A stretch of 64,000 nucleotides of DNA from Candidatus Multivoradales bacterium (GTDB taxonomy: Bacteria > Acidobacteriota > Thermoanaerobaculia > Multivoradales > J023): contig CBDFLE010000005.1 of the NCBI GenBank assembly GCA_965248925.1, forward strand, positions 1,568,001-1,632,000, read 5' to 3'. Under the pieces are notes generated by a model that saw only the letters and a program-made list of their open reading frames with translations, was not told the DNA's origin and ran no database searches. Every line of letters begins with the position of its first letter. The first letter of the stretch is position 1. The position numbers and the translations under genes were made by a program. Shown piece by piece: positions 58,823-64,000 of the stretch.

Positions 58823-59567
58823 CCTGCCAGCGGCCAGTAGCGCCAACGCCCTGGCCGCTTCACAACAGGCCGTAGCAGCTAGACCAGCCCTACTTCGCAC
58901 CTTGTGGCGCCGGCTGCTGGAACTCAAATTCCGCTGCTGGCAGCGGCGGCGCTATCGGCGCCTGGCGCTGGTGCAAGTCCGCAAGCTCGAAATCTTGGTG
59001 CTCGACGAAGTCTTCAACCCAGCCATGTTCCGCACCGGGCCGTTCCTGGTCGATACCGTCCACCGAGAGGCCAGCCACCTGGCTGCTGGCGCCAGCGTCT
59101 TGGAACTCGGCAGCGGCAGCGGCATCGGCGCTCTGACTATTGCCAACAGCTGCGACGGAGCGCTGATCACCGCGGTCGACATCAACCCCCAAGCCGTGCG
59201 CTGTAGCCGAATCAATGCCCTGCTGCACGGTCACGCCCAGCAGATCGAAGTGTTGCGGGGAGATCTCTTCGCACCGGTCGCCGGCCGCCGCTTTGACCTG
59301 GTGCTCTTCCACCCTCCCTTTTGGCGCGGCGAGCCCGACAGCGATCACGACCGCGCGCTCTACTCGACCGATATCGCCGAACGCTTCGCGGCCGGTCTAC
59401 CAGCGCACCTAAGCGCCGGTGGCCGATCCTTGCTGCTGCTCTCCAGCGACGGTGACCAAGCCGCTTTCCTCAAGGCGCTGGCGAGAGCCGGATTCACCCT
59501 CCAGCTCTGCGCCAGCCGCGACCTGATCAACGAAGTGCTCACCGCCTACCTGATCCAGCGGCCGTAG
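58812..59567 (+). CDS. HemK2/PrmC-like methyltransferase
   Basis: VFNP, LELGSGSG, VDINPQAV, GDLFAPV and FHPPF (variant of NPPY). Confidence 0.85.
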   Translation: MRIDLPAASSANALAASQQAVAARPALLRTLWRRLLELKFRCWQRRRYRRLALVQVRKLEILVLDEVFNPAMFRTGPFLVDTVHREASHLAAGASVLELGSGSGIGALTIANSCDGALITAVDINPQAVRCSRINALLHGHAQQIEVLRGDLFAPVAGRRFDLVLFHPPFWRGEPDSDHDRALYSTDIAERFAAGLPAHLSAGGRSLLLLSSDGDQAAFLKALARAGFTLQLCASRDLINEVLTAYLIQRP

Positions 59568-59769
59568 CTACCGGCGTCAGGGTCCGAGGGAGCCCAGAAG
59601 GTCATGGTTGCCCCGAGATATTCCCTTCAGCTCAGCAAGTGCAATCCCTGGTTCATCGCCTCTTCGACAAAGAACGCCAATTCGAGATAAGTCTAGTTTC
59701 CGAAATAACCCGTACGGCCGACGCCGCTGCGGTCCTGCATCTGCTCCTCCTGCGAGCCTTGGAGGTATC

Positions 59770-62700
59770 TCAGATCCCACTGACGGTTTCGACCCGGCTG
59801 CGGCCTCCGCCTAGTTTGGTAACCTGCACTTGGGCACCGATCCTCTGCCCCAGGCCCTGGACGTGAGAAATAATTCCCACCTGGCGACCCGACGCTTGCA
59901 AGGCGTCAAGAGCGGACAGGGCAATTTCCAAAGTCTGCGAGTCCAAGGTGCCGAATCCCTCGTCGATAAATAGGGACTTCACCGGCGTCTTGCTGGCGGA
60001 GAGGGACGACAGACCGAGAGCCAACGCCAAAGAGGCCAAAAAAGTCTCACCACCCGAAAGACTCTTGATCGAGCGCACTTCGTCACCCATGTCTCGATCG
60101 ATCACTTGCAGCTCGAGATCTTCACCTGGCACCCGGTCCAAGCGGTAGCGCGGCGCCAGTTCGCCGAGATGGACGTTGGCGTGGCCCAGCAGAGCGTCGA
60201 GAGTCAGCCCCTGGGCGAAGTTGCGGAACTTCTGCCCATCGTTGGAGCCAATGATCTCGTTGAGAGTCTGCCAGCGACGCGATCGTGCCTCTTGGATGGC
60301 GATCTTGGCGGCGAGCGCTTCTCCGCTGGCCCGCGCTTGATCGTCCTGCCTGACCTGAACTCGCAATTCCTGTGCCTCCAACTCGGCTTGCAGGTGCTCC
60401 GCCGTGATGCTCTTTCGCTCGGCGATAGCCGCGGCCGCGGGAATCTCGGGACGGTCTGTGCTCTGGTGCTCACGGCGGCGCTCGCGGCGCTCGATGAGTA
60501 CCGATTCGGCGGTCTGCACTGCCCGATGGATCTTCTCCAGGGCTGCTGCTTCGCTGTCGCACCAGTCGAGGTCCCGCTGCAAGCGTTGCTTCAGCAGTTC
60601 GAGATCGAGGCTTTGTTCAGCGAGCTGGGCGGCCAGCTCCTGCCGCACTTCCTGCAACAAGTCGGCTTCTTTGCGCAGCTGCGTTCGAGAACCTTCCTGG
60701 CGGGCTTCAGCGGCCTTCAGATCTGCCTGGGCGGTGCGTTCGATCCGCAAGGCGGAGTCCAACTCTTGATCCGCCTTGGTGCTGGCCGCGGCGAGGGCCA
60801 ACTTGACCTCAGCGACCGGTCGACCTTCTAGCATCTCGGCCCGTTCCTGTCGTGCTTGCGCCACGGAGGCCAGCAACTTGCCCTCATCCTCTTGCTGCTC
60901 GGTGGCGGCGGAGGCGGCGGCGGAGGCCTCAGCGGCCGCTTTGGCGGCACACGGTTGGTGTTCGGCAAGACCCGCAGTGGCCTGCTCGGCAACAGCACTT
61001 TGGCTACGGAAATCAGCCAGTTCACGCTCACAGGCAGTGCGGAAGGCGTCGCTATCCGCCTCCAGCTGCCGCCGCCAATTCGGGCGCTCTCGCAACGAGG
61101 TCGCGAGGGAGTCGAGGGCCGACGATGAACGCTGCCGCGCTTCGCACAACTGGCGCTCGCCGGCGATCAGCTCTTCGCCGTCCTGCTGTTGCTGCTCCTT
61201 GGCCTGCCGCGAGCGAAGGCCGGTAGCGACTAGTTCCTGGCGTGCCGCATCCCGCGCGGCGCGACTCTCTCCCGCCTGCTGTTCACGGGCTCTGAACTCC
61301 TGCTGCTGGCGATCCAGCTCTTCCAGCGCCGTCTCGGCTACCGCCTTCGCCCGCTCCACCGACTGGCTCGCACCGGCTTCCAGAGGGTCCGTTGGCAACT
61401 CAGTCTTGGGCCCTTCGAGCCCACCCAGAGTGTCGCGAGTACGGGTCCAGGCCCGCTGCCGCGCCGCCAGCCGCTCTGCCGTGGCGACGGCTTGTTGGGC
61501 ATACCGCAAAGAGGCGCCAGCAGAGGCGTTGGCCTGCTCCCTCGCCGTCGCTAATTGGTCCGTCAGTTCCGTCTCGCGCTGCCGCAGCTGCCGCAGGCGT
61601 TGGCCTTGGGCAGTGCTTTGGTCAGCGGGGGCTCCGTCGTGGCGGTAGGGATGGGAGGTCGAACCGCAGAGGGGGCAAGGCTCACCCTGCTGCAAATCGG
61701 GTCGACGCTCGGCGAGTTCGCGGGCCGCTTGAGAGGCGCGGTGGGTCCGCTCCGCCTCGTCTAAACGGATGGCCAGATCACGCTGGGCAACCTTGGTGCT
61801 ATCCGCCTTCTCGAGGGCCGCTTGTTGGCTGCTAGTGGCGGTTGCTGCTTCGCTTTCGGCACCCTCCTGCTCAGTCCGCAAGCGCAGCGCCGTGGAGAGA
61901 ATTTCCACCGCACCCTTGACTCCATCCAATTGGCGTTGCTGCACTTGCCGACGGGCCTCGAACTTCTCCCGCCGAGCCGCGGGGACCGCCTGTTCAGCGC
62001 TCCCGACTGCCCGTTGGCAGTGATCCAGCCTAGACTCGGCAGCGGTCACCTGGTCGGCAGCGCGTTGGCTGGCTGCCGCGGCACTGGTGGCCGCTTGCTG
62101 CAGCCCAGGCAAACCTTGCTCCGCCGCCAGGGCCGCGGCCGAAGCCTGTTCGTGATCGCGCAGCGCAGCTTGCACATGCTCCCAAACACCGTGCAACGTG
62201 GAGGCGTGAGGATTGTCCGTCAGCCAAGTCTCGGCCAGATCGAGCTGTCTTCGCTGCTCCGCCACCAATCTGTCTTCGGTAGCGGACTTCTCCACCGCCT
62301 GGCGGGCATGCAGAGCCGTCTCCTTGGCAAGCTGGGATGCTCTCCCGGCCTCGCCCTCGAGCCGCGCCAAGCGATGATCGAGCAGGGTTGCCTGCTCTAG
62401 CTCAGGTGCCTTAGTGGTGAGCAGCTTCTGAGCCTGAACCTGGGCCGTGCGGGCTGCTGCGAGCTGGGTCACCGCCTGGGTCATGCCATCCCTAGCATCC
62501 TGCGAAGCATCGCCCTCTGTCGCCACCCGTCGCCGGGCTTCGTCGCGACGGCCGATCGCCACCTCTTGCATCTCCACCAGAGCACGTAGGGGTTGGACTG
62601 AACGCACCAAGTCGAGAGTCGCGGCACGCTCAGCAGCCTGCTTCCAGCGCTGCTTGGTAGCCTGCAAGTCCTGATTGCCAGCACCCTCACGCGCCTCTAG

Positions 62701-63516
62701 ATCGGCGAGCTTCCGGTACCACCGGGTGGTGGATTTGGCAACATCTAGAGCCTGCTTGGCAGCATCCAGGCGGGCCTCTGCCTGCAACTGGTGTTGCTCA
62801 AGTTCTTGCCGATCGTCCACGCTCAGCAGCCCAAGACTCTCGCGTTGGCGCTGCATGTCCTCTCCCTCTTCCCGTTCGCTCTTGGCACGGGCGAAGGAGG
62901 CCTGCGACAAGCGAGCGTAGATCTCGGTACCAGTGACCTTCTCCAGGAGTTCGGCCCGCTGCTTGGCTCCAGCGTGCAAGAAAGCGGCGAAATCACCCTG
63001 GGCCAGCAACGCCGAGCGCCGAAATTGGTCGAAGGTCAGACCGACCTGGTGGCGGATGGCGGCCAACACCTCGGTCTTTTTGCCGCCGGTACGGTCGCCA
63101 GTGTCCAGATTTTCGAGCAACAGCTCTTGATGCTGTAGCCGCCCCTCGGCCCGGTTCCGCGCCCGCCGCACCTGCCACCGAGCCCGCCACTGGTGACCGT
63201 CACGACTAGTGAAATCGACCTCGGCAAAGCCGCTGGCCCGACCCCTGCTGAGCAGTCCACGAACATCTCCTGCACTCACCCGATCGCCATCATCCTGATC
63301 GGCGCGGCCGACCTTCGCACCACCCCTGCTATCCAAGCGCGGTGTGCGGTCGAACAGAGCCAGGCAGAGGGCGTCGAGGAGGGTGCTCTTGCCCGCTCCA
63401 GTATGCCCGACAATGGCAAATAGGCCCGATGAGGCGAGTGGTTCCGCCGCCAGTTCGACCTCAAAGTCGCCGTACAGGCTCGCCAGGTTGCCACCACGAA
63501 TGGCGAGGATCTTCAC
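59770..63516 (-). CDS. sbcC: SbcC (Rad50-like) ATPase
   Basis: Walker A GHTGAGKST, LAQGDF Q-loop, CPLCG zinc hook, LSGGE, LFIDEGFG and ISH. Start GTG 63516 overlaps the sbcD stop. Confidence 0.95.
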   Translation of the reverse strand: MKILAIRGGNLASLYGDFEVELAAEPLASSGLFAIVGHTGAGKSTLLDALCLALFDRTPRLDSRGGAKVGRADQDDGDRVSAGDVRGLLSRGRASGFAEVDFTSRDGHQWRARWQVRRARNRAEGRLQHQELLLENLDTGDRTGGKKTEVLAAIRHQVGLTFDQFRRSALLAQGDFAAFLHAGAKQRAELLEKVTGTEIYARLSQASFARAKSEREEGEDMQRQRESLGLLSVDDRQELEQHQLQAEARLDAAKQALDVAKSTTRWYRKLADLEAREGAGNQDLQATKQRWKQAAERAATLDLVRSVQPLRALVEMQEVAIGRRDEARRRVATEGDASQDARDGMTQAVTQLAAARTAQVQAQKLLTTKAPELEQATLLDHRLARLEGEAGRASQLAKETALHARQAVEKSATEDRLVAEQRRQLDLAETWLTDNPHASTLHGVWEHVQAALRDHEQASAAALAAEQGLPGLQQAATSAAAASQRAADQVTAAESRLDHCQRAVGSAEQAVPAARREKFEARRQVQQRQLDGVKGAVEILSTALRLRTEQEGAESEAATATSSQQAALEKADSTKVAQRDLAIRLDEAERTHRASQAARELAERRPDLQQGEPCPLCGSTSHPYRHDGAPADQSTAQGQRLRQLRQRETELTDQLATAREQANASAGASLRYAQQAVATAERLAARQRAWTRTRDTLGGLEGPKTELPTDPLEAGASQSVERAKAVAETALEELDRQQQEFRAREQQAGESRAARDAARQELVATGLRSRQAKEQQQQDGEELIAGERQLCEARQRSSSALDSLATSLRERPNWRRQLEADSDAFRTACERELADFRSQSAVAEQATAGLAEHQPCAAKAAAEASAAASAATEQQEDEGKLLASVAQARQERAEMLEGRPVAEVKLALAAASTKADQELDSALRIERTAQADLKAAEARQEGSRTQLRKEADLLQEVRQELAAQLAEQSLDLELLKQRLQRDLDWCDSEAAALEKIHRAVQTAESVLIERRERRREHQSTDRPEIPAAAAIAERKSITAEHLQAELEAQELRVQVRQDDQARASGEALAAKIAIQEARSRRWQTLNEIIGSNDGQKFRNFAQGLTLDALLGHANVHLGELAPRYRLDRVPGEDLELQVIDRDMGDEVRSIKSLSGGETFLASLALALGLSSLSASKTPVKSLFIDEGFGTLDSQTLEIALSALDALQASGRQVGIISHVQGLGQRIGAQVQVTKLGGGRSRVETVSGI

Positions 63517-64000
63517 TCGCTCTCCTGGTGGGCTTGCTCGACCAGCTGGTGGAAGGCCGCCAGGATTTCGGCTTCGATCTCCTGCTGGTGTTTGGCTTGC
63601 CAACAACGGCGGAATACGTCTTCGACCTGCAACTCCTCAAGGCTCCGAGCACGGACTGCGTCGCCCAACGCAGCGCCGCTTCCCGAGTAGTTGGTTTGCA
63701 GGCGCACCAACCGCACCCGCCGCCCTTTGAGAGCATCTTCGATATCGCCTCGCAACGAGGGCTCGGGAGCGGGCAAACTGACCTGAACCTCAAGAAAGGG
63801 CCACCTCTCGCGCGCCTCGTCTGTCGCTTTCGGCAGCGCCCGAAGCAGAGGCAGCACCTCCCCCAAGGGCAGTGCTTCACCCTCCGGCAAGCGCAGCATC
63901 TCCACCGTTCTGGGGATCTCCAGCGGCTCAATCGAAGTCGCTTCGGCGCCCTCCAGTTGCACCAAGACCACTTGGTGCCGGTATCGCCGCTCACTCAAAG
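63513..64000 (-). CDS. sbcD: SbcD nuclease C-terminal part (5' end outside the window)
   Basis: SERRYRHQVVLV..PFLEVQV..PEPSLR..RLVRL..LEELQVEDVF, immediately upstream of sbcC. Confidence 0.85.
   Translation of the reverse strand, partial: LSERRYRHQVVLVQLEGAEATSIEPLEIPRTVEMLRLPEGEALPLGEVLPLLRALPKATDEARERWPFLEVQVSLPAPEPSLRGDIEDALKGRRVRLVRLQTNYSGSGAALGDAVRARSLEELQVEDVFRRCWQAKHQQEIEAEILAAFHQLVEQAHQESE

Noticed and set aside
59770-64000. SMC-like ATPase as a Wadjet/Lamassu defence system
   Set aside because: The zinc hook, motif set and coupling to an SbcD C-terminus indicate ordinary SbcCD.

Overview
GC-rich bacterial window. The gene content (VPS10/BNR, CRTAC1 and PQQ-propeller proteins) suggests Acidobacteriota or a similar lineage, but this is an inference. 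From left to right: (1) 1-4.6 kb is the edge of a probable lipopeptide/polyketide cluster, with a window-truncated fatty acyl-AMP ligase missed by the ORF track, divergent from an FkbK-like dehydrogenase, ACP and FkbH extender-unit cassette that has an 11-copy 8-bp repeat directly before its start codon. (2) A Cpx-like envelope two-component module, FAD oxidase, VapBC pair and secreted beta-propeller proteins. (3) From 18 to 59.6 kb, a large surface-glycan/lipid-modification region with five GT4 genes, a coiled-coil methyltransferase, three GT-C-like membrane proteins, WecA, an epimerase and four cobalamin-dependent radical SAM enzymes in two paralogous pairs. This region is interrupted by (4) an MtrA/MtrB porin-cytochrome operon without MtrC but with an MxaJ/XoxJ-like-cytochrome c fusion and a type-1 copper protein, (5) stacked TA modules behind a diverged duplicate of the epimerase 3' end, and (6) a 6.5-kb decaying island with pentapeptide-repeat proteins, a radC N-terminus, an IS6 remnant and a DUF5677-like gene. 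(7) sbcC and a partial sbcD close the window. No rRNA, tRNA or CRISPR array was recognised. The best candidates for an undescribed system are the MtrAB/XoxJ-cyt c/cupredoxin conduit and the four-B12-radical-SAM glycoconjugate tailoring set. All family calls are by-eye motif recognition, with no database search.
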